From a virus (lineage: Duplodnaviria; Caudoviricetes): a DNA stretch of 37,717 nt. The stretch covers positions 1 to 37,717 of the IMG/VR virus record IMGVR_UViG_3300007539_000060. The stretch is one strand, 5' to 3'. Made by a program: the position numbers and the translations under genes. The notes under the pieces are model-generated. The model ran no database searches and was not told the DNA's origin. It saw nothing but the letters and a program-made list of their open reading frames with translations. Shown one piece after another: positions 18,855 through 27,108 of the stretch (the first letter of the stretch is position 1; every line of letters begins with the position of its first letter).

Positions 18855-19676
18855 TCATTCTTCGGGAGCAGTAGGTTCCGATGCTGCTGTTAAACCACCG
18901 ACAACAGGCATACCAGTTTCTGCTTGGACAAGAGACTCGATATCATTGACACGATAATCATAACCATCAATCCAGTCGGTTCTAGGATCATCTGGGAATG
19001 GAATCATATGAGGACCCCAACCATCAGCAGCAGAGAACTTGTCATATAGACCATCTAGTTCTGCAACAAATGCTGTGAGTGCTGCTCTCATCTCATCAGT
19101 CAGATTGCCCTGACCGCCATTCTCTGTTGCCTCTGCATCAAGATTTGCTTGAGCATCTGCGCGAAGACCGTCACGAGCTGCCATGTGCTGCTCCATGGTG
19201 ATCCATGGTTTGAACCAAGGAAGTGGAGTAACCCATTCTTCAGCAGATAGATCGTAACGAATTTCGTCAGCAGCAAAGGTGTGGTCTGGTCCCTGAGGAT
19301 CTGGACGCTTGTAGTGTACTACGCCATCAGCAGTAGCATATTCTTTCTGTGGATATCCACCAGCTTCACCAGTGTCTTTTCCAAAGAGAATAGAAGCAAT
19401 GCACAATTCTGCTACGCTTGCATTTGCGACATCAATCTCAACTGCAAGATGATCTCTACCAGCACGAGTTTGAGCACTTTCTTTCTCTTCTTGAGTGAAA
19501 GGACGGTTCGCAGAAATGCAAGACTGAGATGGTCTCCAAAGACCAGTCTCACGATGAACAAAAACAAACAGATGTGGTGGTCCTTCATAGGTCCAATCAA
19601 CTGTCAGTCCCAGACTGTCAGTTTGAGCCAGATAATCATCTGGTGCTGAAAATGTAAATGCTTTTGAGAATGCCAT
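18855..19676 (-). CDS. Putative tail-fibre assembly chaperone-like protein
   Basis: C-terminal part (W...ARDGLRAD...LTDEMRAALTAFVAELDGL...IPFPDDP) resembles the Tfa / tail assembly chaperone pattern. Acidic; follows the adhesin-like genes. Confidence 0.5.
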   Translation of the reverse strand: MAFSKAFTFSAPDDYLAQTDSLGLTVDWTYEGPPHLFVFVHRETGLWRPSQSCISANRPFTQEEKESAQTRAGRDHLAVEIDVANASVAELCIASILFGKDTGEAGGYPQKEYATADGVVHYKRPDPQGPDHTFAADEIRYDLSAEEWVTPLPWFKPWITMEQHMAARDGLRADAQANLDAEATENGGQGNLTDEMRAALTAFVAELDGLYDKFSAADGWGPHMIPFPDDPRTDWIDGYDYRVNDIESLVQAETGMPVVGGLTAASEPTAPEE

Positions 19677-19709
19677 AACTGTAAGAGTGACGTTGACCTT
19701 TGCTTAATT

Positions 19710-19717
19710 TATTTATA
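19710..19717 (-). promoter_or_regulatory. T4-type late promoter TATAAATA
   Basis: Perfect consensus in the intergenic gap upstream of ATG 19676. Confidence 0.85.
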
Positions 19718-19731
19718 CTATTACGATACTA

Positions 19732-20625
19732 TTACAAGTTCTCGTCGTACTTGTAACTGATTCTGATCAGTCCAGGAGTTCCGTTTTGACCGTGGCAGCA
19801 ACCACCACCACAAGTCCATCCAGAAGGACCACCAATACCAGGAACATAATTATTCTCGGAATATCCACCACCCCAATTAAGTTGGGTTGTTGCCCAGTGA
19901 AGTGTGCAATATCCGCAACCATTATTATAGCATTGGTTGCCAACCAACCAACCGCCTTTGCCGTTAACTAGACCAGCTGGGTATGGAAGCATTTGCTTGT
20001 TCCAGCAATGGTTGTCATAGCAGAAGACATATGCAAAACCAGGAACTCCATAAGCACCGCCGTCAGCACCAAAGTAACATGCACAGCAACCACCTGGGCA
20101 GCTGGTGAGGCAAATATATCTTTGTGTGCAGCAGCAGAGGAAGCAGCAAGAGCATCCTGCATTACCACCATCAGCACAGAAGTTAGACAAACCAGGACCA
20201 GTGATAGCGGTATATCCACCAGGATCACCACACTGCCATCCCATTCTACCACATCCAGGTTCACCAATTTCAAATTGATAAGCACAACCTGCATAGATGC
20301 TTCCAGTTAGACGCTTATATGCATATGCACCAGAACCACCAGGGATGCCTCTGGAGCAGCAGCAGGAGGATCCTCCTCCACCGCCGCCGCCCCAAATCTC
20401 GAAGATTACATCACAAACTCCATTTGGAACACACCAGTTTTGCATCTGGTAGTAATTATAAGCGGTACTGTATTCTTGACAGGTAGCACCGCAGTTCGCC
20501 ATGACATACTGAACACAGTATCCTTCCGATGGAAGTCTAGCAATTTTAGTAACAGAATCGGGAGCAGCAAGAGAAACAAGTGATTCTTCGCTAATTAACC
20601 CTAGTAAGTCTCTGAGATTTGACAT
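19732..20625 (-). CDS. Cys/Gly-rich adhesin-like virion protein, paralog 3
   Basis: WCVPNGVCDVIFEIWGGGGGGGSSCCC ... GLIRISY glycine-rich domain as in phage fibre tips; 31 Cys in 297 aa (manual count). Confidence 0.7.
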   Translation of the reverse strand: MSNLRDLLGLISEESLVSLAAPDSVTKIARLPSEGYCVQYVMANCGATCQEYSTAYNYYQMQNWCVPNGVCDVIFEIWGGGGGGGSSCCCSRGIPGGSGAYAYKRLTGSIYAGCAYQFEIGEPGCGRMGWQCGDPGGYTAITGPGLSNFCADGGNAGCSCCFLCCCTQRYICLTSCPGGCCACYFGADGGAYGVPGFAYVFCYDNHCWNKQMLPYPAGLVNGKGGWLVGNQCYNNGCGYCTLHWATTQLNWGGGYSENNYVPGIGGPSGWTCGGGCCHGQNGTPGLIRISYKYDENL

Positions 20626-20645
20626 TTTATTTTAATTACCCCTAG

Positions 20646-20652
20646 TATTTAT
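20646..20652 (-). promoter_or_regulatory. Late promoter core ATAAATA
   Basis: Overlaps the upstream stop codon; ~20 nt before ATG 20625. Confidence 0.65.
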
Positions 20653-21605
20653 TAGTTGAAGAAGAAACAAGCGCAATTCTCGTTTCCAGCAGACCTCTGA
20701 TCAGCACCCTGAATCCAGCAAGAACAGTATGTAATTTTGATTTGTCCCACAGAACCACCCCATCCATAGCAGCAAGAACCACCGCAAGATGTTGCAGAAG
20801 GACCACCGATTCCAGGTAAGCCAGCTCTACCCTGACAGTTGGCACTAAATGCATATGGGGTAGTTCCAGTACACATTGTATATTCGTGAGAACATGCATT
20901 ACCTCTATAGTTTGAGGTAATGTATGCGGGTCCATTATTAATTAGACCATAAGGAACTGCCAGACCTGCTTTTGCGTAGCAGTTACTGGATGTATTTTCT
21001 ACTCTGAACCAAGAAGGTTTTCCACCTGCCATAAAGTCTCCACCATATGCACAAGCACAATCGGTATGTAGACTATATCCACCACATCCATCAAACGAAA
21101 CCTTATCAAGACATCTAAAATCTGTGCTCCAGAATGCATAACAGCATGTTTTACCAGGGAGTCCACCTTCTGCACAAAGATTGCTTAAGTTACAACCTTG
21201 GACCCAGGTCTTACAACCCTGAATACCAATACAACATTGCGAGCAGCATGTAGGAGCTCCTACGCATAGGGAGTAACACCATCCGCCTTGCACTAGAGGG
21301 TACTGTAGTGTCTTTCTGACATAAGAACCAGCACCACCAGGCATACCCTGCTGACAGCAGCAAGCACCGCCGCCAGAACCACCGCCACCCCAAAGTTCGA
21401 AGGTGACTGATGTTGTTCCACAAGGAACGCACCAGTGTTGTAAGCAATACTCCCAGTAATTGCTATTGCAGTTGCTGTCATGACAATAACCAGTAAAGAG
21501 AAAAACTCTTCCCTCGTTATTCATGTCTAGGGCACCAACTTCACCAATTGTGGATCCAATTGTACTGGCGTATTCTCTTCCGATTAGTTTTCTTAGGTTT
21601 GCCAT
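20652..21605 (-). CDS. Cys/Gly-rich adhesin-like virion protein, paralog 2
   Basis: WCVPCGTTSVTFELWGGGGSGGGACCC ... GQIKITY; 34 Cys in 317 aa (manual count). Confidence 0.7.
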   Translation of the reverse strand: MANLRKLIGREYASTIGSTIGEVGALDMNNEGRVFLFTGYCHDSNCNSNYWEYCLQHWCVPCGTTSVTFELWGGGGSGGGACCCQQGMPGGAGSYVRKTLQYPLVQGGWCYSLCVGAPTCCSQCCIGIQGCKTWVQGCNLSNLCAEGGLPGKTCCYAFWSTDFRCLDKVSFDGCGGYSLHTDCACAYGGDFMAGGKPSWFRVENTSSNCYAKAGLAVPYGLINNGPAYITSNYRGNACSHEYTMCTGTTPYAFSANCQGRAGLPGIGGPSATSCGGSCCYGWGGSVGQIKITYCSCWIQGADQRSAGNENCACFFFN

Positions 21606-21625
21606 TTGTCTAGTAGTACCCTCTA

Positions 21626-22552
21626 TTAAGATTTGCAGTAAATTGTGACTCTAACGAGTCCATGAGCACCCTCAGAAGAACAGCAGCAACCGCCGCCATA
21701 TACCTGAGCAGAGACACCACCAGAACCAGGAGGACCGTTTCTGAAGCAGTCTCCAGAGAATCCGCCATTAGCACCAGTCAACCACAATGTAGCTCTTCTA
21801 CCACAAGAGTGCATCTCAGGACGACGCAGGACATGGTGAATACCATATCTAGCACCGAACATAGGAGCAACGGGGTGGTAATCTTTCTTGTGACACCAGT
21901 TACCGCAACCTGGGTTACAATCGTAATGGATATAGGAATCTAGGTTACCCCACCAAAACTTACCTTTTTCTAAGCAGCAAGCAATGCAAGCACCGTTAGA
22001 AGTGCTGAAGTGATCAGTTTGTTTTCTGTTACATGCAGGACCAATTTCATTCTTTCTGGTTCTACATGAGAAGTAGGAGTCAACCCAGTGACAGCAGTTG
22101 AATCCATGACATCCACCACAAGCGCAGAAGTCGTTTAGACCAGGACCGCTGATATAAGACTTACAACCATCAAAACCACCTCTAGAGGGGTGACGGCATG
22201 TGCCAGAGGCAACGCAAATGTCGTAGCAGCAACCATCAAGTTGCGAGACTCCCATCTCTTCTGCACACTGTGTACAGGACATATACTGTCCAGAGTGTCC
22301 AGACCATGCGATAGAGCAGCAGCATGTACCTGAACCGCCTCCGCCGCCGCCCCAGATTTCCCACTTAATGCGGCAAACGCAGTTGGCAGGTACACACCAC
22401 CTATAACGGTTCCAGTCATAGTTGTGACTGTCACTATATTCCCAACAGTGGGTTCCTCTAAAAAAATATTGATGTGCTCCAGGACCCATGTATGTTTGAA
22501 TGGGCAATGAGTCTGTTGAAGCTACATCGAGTAAGTCTCTTAAACTCGACAT
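21626..22552 (-). CDS. Cys/Gly-rich adhesin-like virion protein, paralog 1
   Basis: WCVPANCVCRIKWEIWGGGGGGSGTCCC ... GLVRVTIY; 33 Cys in 308 aa (manual count). Confidence 0.7.
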   Translation of the reverse strand: MSSLRDLLDVASTDSLPIQTYMGPGAHQYFFRGTHCWEYSDSHNYDWNRYRWCVPANCVCRIKWEIWGGGGGGSGTCCCSIAWSGHSGQYMSCTQCAEEMGVSQLDGCCYDICVASGTCRHPSRGGFDGCKSYISGPGLNDFCACGGCHGFNCCHWVDSYFSCRTRKNEIGPACNRKQTDHFSTSNGACIACCLEKGKFWWGNLDSYIHYDCNPGCGNWCHKKDYHPVAPMFGARYGIHHVLRRPEMHSCGRRATLWLTGANGGFSGDCFRNGPPGSGGVSAQVYGGGCCCSSEGAHGLVRVTIYCKS

Positions 22553-22575
22553 TATTGTTTTCCTCTAATGGGTTA

Positions 22576-22899
22576 TCAGTTACTGAGGATCGACCAACCG
22601 AAAGCAGATCCTGTGTAGATTAGCTCAAGAGATGCATTCTTAATATCAAAATCCAAATCTTCTGCAAGATTAGCAATCTTATGACCGTTGCGAAGCACCG
22701 TTACTTTATTAGTACCACAGTTTCCTGCAGCATCAATTAGATTGATGCGGTCACCAACTCTAGGGTTGGAAGGAAGTGTTAGTGTTAATGGTGCTGCTGT
22801 TGTGTCTAGAAGCAAAATTTCTCCAGACAAAACATTGCGGTCGGATGTGACTGCTACTGTTTCTCTAGTGTCTGCAGGTGGTGTTAATACTCGTCCCAT
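22576..22899 (-). CDS. Small fibre/baseplate-associated structural protein (107 aa)
   Basis: DTTAAPLTLTLPSNPRVGDRINLID...NKVTV...ASLELIY...W is a domain common in phage fibre proteins; similar to the C-terminal part of 27507-27968. Confidence 0.65.
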   Translation of the reverse strand: MGRVLTPPADTRETVAVTSDRNVLSGEILLLDTTAAPLTLTLPSNPRVGDRINLIDAAGNCGTNKVTVLRNGHKIANLAEDLDFDIKNASLELIYTGSAFGWSILSN

Positions 22900-22922
22900 G
22901 GGTCTATGTTCTCCTATTTGTT

Positions 22923-22929
22923 TATTTAT
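22923..22929 (-). promoter_or_regulatory. Late promoter core ATAAATA
   Basis: Intergenic, ~24 nt before ATG 22899; AGGAG Shine-Dalgarno in between. Confidence 0.65.
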
Positions 22930-22937
22930 CGAAAGAA

Positions 22938-23258
22938 TTAAGTGGTTTCTTCAACACCGTAGACAGAGATGCTGACGCCAGTAGTATCTGCAAGAGCAAC
23001 AACTTTTCTGTTTGCTTGTAGAGCGATACCAGTTCTTTCTAAGACTCCGTATCCACCAATCTCAGCATTGTACTCAACGTACTCACCTGGGGTTGGAGTA
23101 TCGGTAGCAGCAAGAGCAATACGAACGCTAACTGGAGTAGCATTGGTATTGACCATATTCAAGTTTAGGTAAGATACTGTAGATGCTGGTACGGTATATA
23201 CAGTAGTTAGTGTTGCTGCAGCTAGGGATGCTTGTGTCCCCAGAATTCCAGAAGCCAT
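22938..23258 (-). CDS. Small virion structural protein (106 aa)
   Basis: Beta-rich (LTTVYTVPAS, VNTNATPVSVRIA); homologous to the domains of 8156-9289; GAGG Shine-Dalgarno and late promoter. Confidence 0.7.
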   Translation of the reverse strand: MASGILGTQASLAAATLTTVYTVPASTVSYLNLNMVNTNATPVSVRIALAATDTPTPGEYVEYNAEIGGYGVLERTGIALQANRKVVALADTTGVSISVYGVEETT

Positions 23259-23295
23259 TGTGATTTCCTCTTTAAAGTGTTAGTGCGGTTAATGA

Positions 23296-23303
23296 TATTT
23301 ATA
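23296..23303 (-). promoter_or_regulatory. T4-type late promoter TATAAATA
   Basis: Perfect consensus in the intergenic gap. Confidence 0.85.
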
Positions 23304-23313
23304 AATTTGGGGA

Positions 23314-26300
23314 TCAAATAGATCCTGCCCAGAAGACATATCCTTTGGTTGTTCTGGTGCTGTCAACATATGTCTTGACTGCACGCTGAGTTGGAACCTT
23401 AGAATTGCTGTTAGCAGATAGTGTGACATCAGAAGAGAATTCTGTGATGCTTTCACCAAGCTGAGCACCGATGGAACCCAGTCTCAAGGAAGACAGACCA
23501 GACAGGTCGAAGGAAGATGCGTTCAGGGTTGTGCTACCAGTTGCCTGGTTAACTCTGAAGTAACGACCAACAGTAAAGTTACCATCTTGGTCAGTAGAAA
23601 CAAAGAACACACGACCTGGGAAGTCCTCAGTGACTTCGTTACCTGGGGCAGGAGATACCAGTGGTTCACCTGGCCAGTTAGTTTGAGTCTTAGTTCCAGT
23701 ACCAATGTTCAGGAAGTCATGACCAGTTAGTCTTACCTGAGAGTAAGAATATCTAATCTTATATGCCTGACCGTCATAGGTTCTGGTTGGTTTTTCTGCA
23801 GCAAGAACAACTAGAGTTGTACCAGTTGTATCTGTTTGTGCATTTGTGACCTGCATAAACTCATTATCAATCTTGATGTAGTCATTGATATTAAATCCAG
23901 ATGCATCGGAAACACGAATGATTAGTTGGTTGCCATCAATGTCTCTGAGTGTATCAGTTTGAGCAACAACTTTAATTTCAATAGAACGAACTGTCAGACC
24001 AGAGTTGTGTGGTGCTGCAGTTGTTCCTTCAACTCCACGAGTAACTGTCATCGAAGTTGCAGTTGGGAAGGAGTTGATCGCCATCATTTCATCTTCAATG
24101 ATTAAGAATGCACCGATGGAGAATCCACTAATCGAAGAAACAAAAATTGTTTGTTCTGTAGCGTTGTTAATCGCAGCACTCAATGTGGTTGGATCACCAT
24201 ACTGATATCTGGTGATTAATTCCAGACCATTGTGAGCAACTCCAGCAGATCCGAGTAATCCTCTGGTAACAGTTAGATTACCACGACCAATTGGTGCAGT
24301 GTAGGAAGATTCTGCCACAACGAATGTGAAGATTTCTTCACCAAGACCACCAGGACCAGTGATGAATTCAATAGAACCACCAGGCTTAGGTGCTCCGCTC
24401 AGTCCAGTCAGAACAACAACGAATCCGTTCTGACCACCAACTGCATCAGTATTAGAAACGAGATTAGCAGAAACATTGGTAGTTTGACCACTAATGACTT
24501 CGCCCTGTACAAATGTTCCCTTCAGTGGTCTGTAGAGAATCTTGTATACACCTGCCTGAACAGAAACAATCTCTCCGATTGCTCCAGAAGTTAGACCAAT
24601 AATTCTCTCGCTATTGGACCAAATTGTATCACCAGTTGGTCCAGCGACAAGACTCGTTACATCATACTCCAACTGGAGACCATCAATGGTTCCATTGAGA
24701 GTTTGCTCATTCTGGTTGAATCCAGAAGAAACGATAGCGTATGTACCCCAGGAAGAGTTACCTGCCAGAGATCTGATTCTACCGCCTCTGGTAGAAGCAT
24801 AAGAGATGTGTGCGTAGTAGGTAAAGCAAGAAACGATCTCAGATGCACCGTTATTTGTTACCCAGAAACCAACACCACCATCTTCGTAGATTTGAGTCCA
24901 AGAGTCAAAAACGATGGACTTGTTAGAAGGTGTTCCAGTTCCATCCCACTTGGCATGAACATCACCGTCGATAATTGCACCAACTGCTGTAGCGCCAAAG
25001 GAAGAGCACTGAGAAACATATGGAGACTTAGTGATTGGGGAGTTAGGATCGAGTCTTACATAAACACCTTTAACAGTTGCAGTGTTCATGTCCTTTGGAT
25101 CGGAAACCGAAGGAACGAATCCTAGGAGACCGTCCATAACAAGATCTTTCAGCATTGTCTTGTTGCCAAGTAGGAACATGGTTGCATGTTCGTTGTTGAC
25201 AATTTCAACACCTTGGATGATGATATCAGTTGCACCAGCTTCAAAGGTATCATTAACTGTCCATAGACTGCTGTTAGCACTTCTAGTAACAGAAGTGAGA
25301 TCACCGTTTGTCAGACCTGTTGTAACGACGGCGATAAGTGCCTGAATTGCTGCTTCAATATTCGTACATCCACCAGCAACATTGGTGATTGTTTCATCCT
25401 TGATTTGAGTAATTCCGTGAGTGCCAGTTACATTAACGGTAACATTGTTGATAATATCATATGCAATCTGGTTCATGTAGGCAAGAGTTGCCACGACTTC
25501 AGGTTCGGAACCGTTCCAGAAGTTAGAATCTAGTTGATCTTGGACTTTATCGTAAATAACATCATTACCACCATAACCAACGTTAGCGGTGATGGCTTGG
25601 AGAAGTTGAGTAAGAACCGACTCATATTCAGAGTTGTCACCATTTGGTGGATTGGTAATTGTTACACCACCAAGTTGTGCTTTAGCAATTGTTTCCTTGA
25701 CGATGAAGGAAGAGTTTGCTGTTAGTAGGTTGTATGCGTCACCATTTCTGTTTCCAGCGAATCCCTGAATCTTAAGAACGATTGTAGATCCACCGTCTTG
25801 AACATCAAGAACTTCACCTGTCTTGCTTCCATCACCAGAAACAACCGTGCTGCCAAGAACTCTATACTGAGCATCTGGAACTTGTTGCAGATCTAGTTTG
25901 ATTAGAGTGGAAGGCTCGCCTGCTCTTGGCAGGATGCGAGTTGTTCTTAGGTTATCACCAACAATAGATACTTCCTCAGGAACACGCATTGGAAGGATCT
26001 CTTGATAAGAACCTGCCTTAACATAGATGGTTGCGGGACCAGTAACATTATCTACAGCATAGCGAAGAGTTGCAAATGCTTCGGTAATGTTTTCACCAGT
26101 GTTGGTGTCGCTACCTTCTTGAGTAACATAATAAACTTTCTGGGTTACATTGTTCTTTTTCCAAGTAGGATATCCAGTGTTGCTATCAACGGTTAAAACT
26201 TCACCATTCGAACCGATAGGCAGTCTAGCAGGACCAGAACCAGACTGATATAGAATATCACCAGCATCGGTCAGAACATTCGCCTGAGCACCTTGTGCCA

Positions 26301-27096
26301 AGGAGTTCCAATATTGACCAGTGGTATCAAGCTCAGGTGCATTACCTTGAGACTGTGCAATACAAATATAAGAGTTGCTGTTTCTAGTAATTGCATCGCC
26401 AGGGAAGTAGACTGTGCTGTTATCCCAAGTTCCTCTCCATGTAAAACCACCGACAACAAAGTCCCAGTCGGTTTGACCAGGAGCAGCAGGAGAAGAGTTG
26501 ATGTTTGTTACTTTTGCAACATAAGAGTTACCACCAAGGAGAACAACATCACCAGGAACATAAGTGGTTGTGTTGTCCCAGTTACCAACAACTTTAAAAC
26601 CAGTTGTTAGAATTTCCCAAGAAGTACCAAGACCGATATTTGGTTGCTGTCCTGTAACCGCTTCTGCGATACAAATATAGGAGTAACCACCAAAGGTAAC
26701 GATGTCACCTTTTTGATATTCAGTGGTTCCAGAATATGTATCTTCAAACTTCAATCCATCCAAATATGCAGAGAAATTGGCAGAGTTGAAGATAGATGTA
26801 GATGTGTGAGGGACTGTAGTAAGATACAGAACATTACCATACTTGGCAATATCATTCGTTCTGTAGAAAGTGTTAGGAGCCCAATCTCCTCTGTTGTAGA
26901 TACCTTCAGTATGCAGCTGCCAATAGCTTGCATCCATAGAGTACCATTGTGCTGCGGTCGAGACCGAAGTATGGTTTGTTACAGCAACATAAGTGTTAGC
27001 ACCAAACTTAACAATGTCGTCGATGACATAGGCAGTATCAGCCGCCCAATCACCGCGCCAGTTAAATTTTAGTCTTCCGAGTCTAAAATCTGCCAT
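23314..27096 (-). CDS. Tail fibre / tailspike-like structural protein (1260 aa) with N-terminal carbohydrate-binding-type repeats
   Basis: Five W/Y-x4-Y-xx-D-(I/V)-x4-Y repeats (CBM5/12-like), then VYYVTQEGSDTNTG...AFATLRYA...IYVKAGSYQE (typical start of a beta-helix). Confidence 0.75.
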   Translation of the reverse strand: MADFRLGRLKFNWRGDWAADTAYVIDDIVKFGANTYVAVTNHTSVSTAAQWYSMDASYWQLHTEGIYNRGDWAPNTFYRTNDIAKYGNVLYLTTVPHTSTSIFNSANFSAYLDGLKFEDTYSGTTEYQKGDIVTFGGYSYICIAEAVTGQQPNIGLGTSWEILTTGFKVVGNWDNTTTYVPGDVVLLGGNSYVAKVTNINSSPAAPGQTDWDFVVGGFTWRGTWDNSTVYFPGDAITRNSNSYICIAQSQGNAPELDTTGQYWNSLAQGAQANVLTDAGDILYQSGSGPARLPIGSNGEVLTVDSNTGYPTWKKNNVTQKVYYVTQEGSDTNTGENITEAFATLRYAVDNVTGPATIYVKAGSYQEILPMRVPEEVSIVGDNLRTTRILPRAGEPSTLIKLDLQQVPDAQYRVLGSTVVSGDGSKTGEVLDVQDGGSTIVLKIQGFAGNRNGDAYNLLTANSSFIVKETIAKAQLGGVTITNPPNGDNSEYESVLTQLLQAITANVGYGGNDVIYDKVQDQLDSNFWNGSEPEVVATLAYMNQIAYDIINNVTVNVTGTHGITQIKDETITNVAGGCTNIEAAIQALIAVVTTGLTNGDLTSVTRSANSSLWTVNDTFEAGATDIIIQGVEIVNNEHATMFLLGNKTMLKDLVMDGLLGFVPSVSDPKDMNTATVKGVYVRLDPNSPITKSPYVSQCSSFGATAVGAIIDGDVHAKWDGTGTPSNKSIVFDSWTQIYEDGGVGFWVTNNGASEIVSCFTYYAHISYASTRGGRIRSLAGNSSWGTYAIVSSGFNQNEQTLNGTIDGLQLEYDVTSLVAGPTGDTIWSNSERIIGLTSGAIGEIVSVQAGVYKILYRPLKGTFVQGEVISGQTTNVSANLVSNTDAVGGQNGFVVVLTGLSGAPKPGGSIEFITGPGGLGEEIFTFVVAESSYTAPIGRGNLTVTRGLLGSAGVAHNGLELITRYQYGDPTTLSAAINNATEQTIFVSSISGFSIGAFLIIEDEMMAINSFPTATSMTVTRGVEGTTAAPHNSGLTVRSIEIKVVAQTDTLRDIDGNQLIIRVSDASGFNINDYIKIDNEFMQVTNAQTDTTGTTLVVLAAEKPTRTYDGQAYKIRYSYSQVRLTGHDFLNIGTGTKTQTNWPGEPLVSPAPGNEVTEDFPGRVFFVSTDQDGNFTVGRYFRVNQATGSTTLNASSFDLSGLSSLRLGSIGAQLGESITEFSSDVTLSANSNSKVPTQRAVKTYVDSTRTTKGYVFWAGSI
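26290..27070 (-). repeat. Five ~50-aa tandem protein repeats
   Basis: WRGDWAADTAYVIDDIV / NRGDWAPNTFYRTNDIA / EDTYSGTTEYQKGDIV / VGNWDNTTTYVPGDVV / WRGTWDNSTVYFPGDAI. Confidence 0.85.
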
Positions 27097-27108
27097 TTGT
27101 GTTTTCCT

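Noticed and set aside
19732-22552. Codon reassignment as the cause of the Cys excess
   Set aside because: TGY codons are rare in neighbouring structural genes and sit at expected Cys positions in the enzymes (NGCFD, LNCVAN); genes end normally at TGA, TAA and TAG
19732-22552. Diversity-generating retroelement or invertible cassette acting on the adhesins (prompted by the Mtd-N domain and the three paralogs)
   Set aside because: No reverse transcriptase, recombinase, near-identical template/variable repeat pair or inverted repeats were seen; the paralogs are highly diverged at DNA level
19732-22552. RiPP precursor or metallothionein interpretation of the Cys-rich ORFs
   Set aside because: They are ~300 aa with a glycine-rich fibre-tip domain framework and lie under late promoters among structural genes; no radical SAM, YcaO or peptidase gene is nearby
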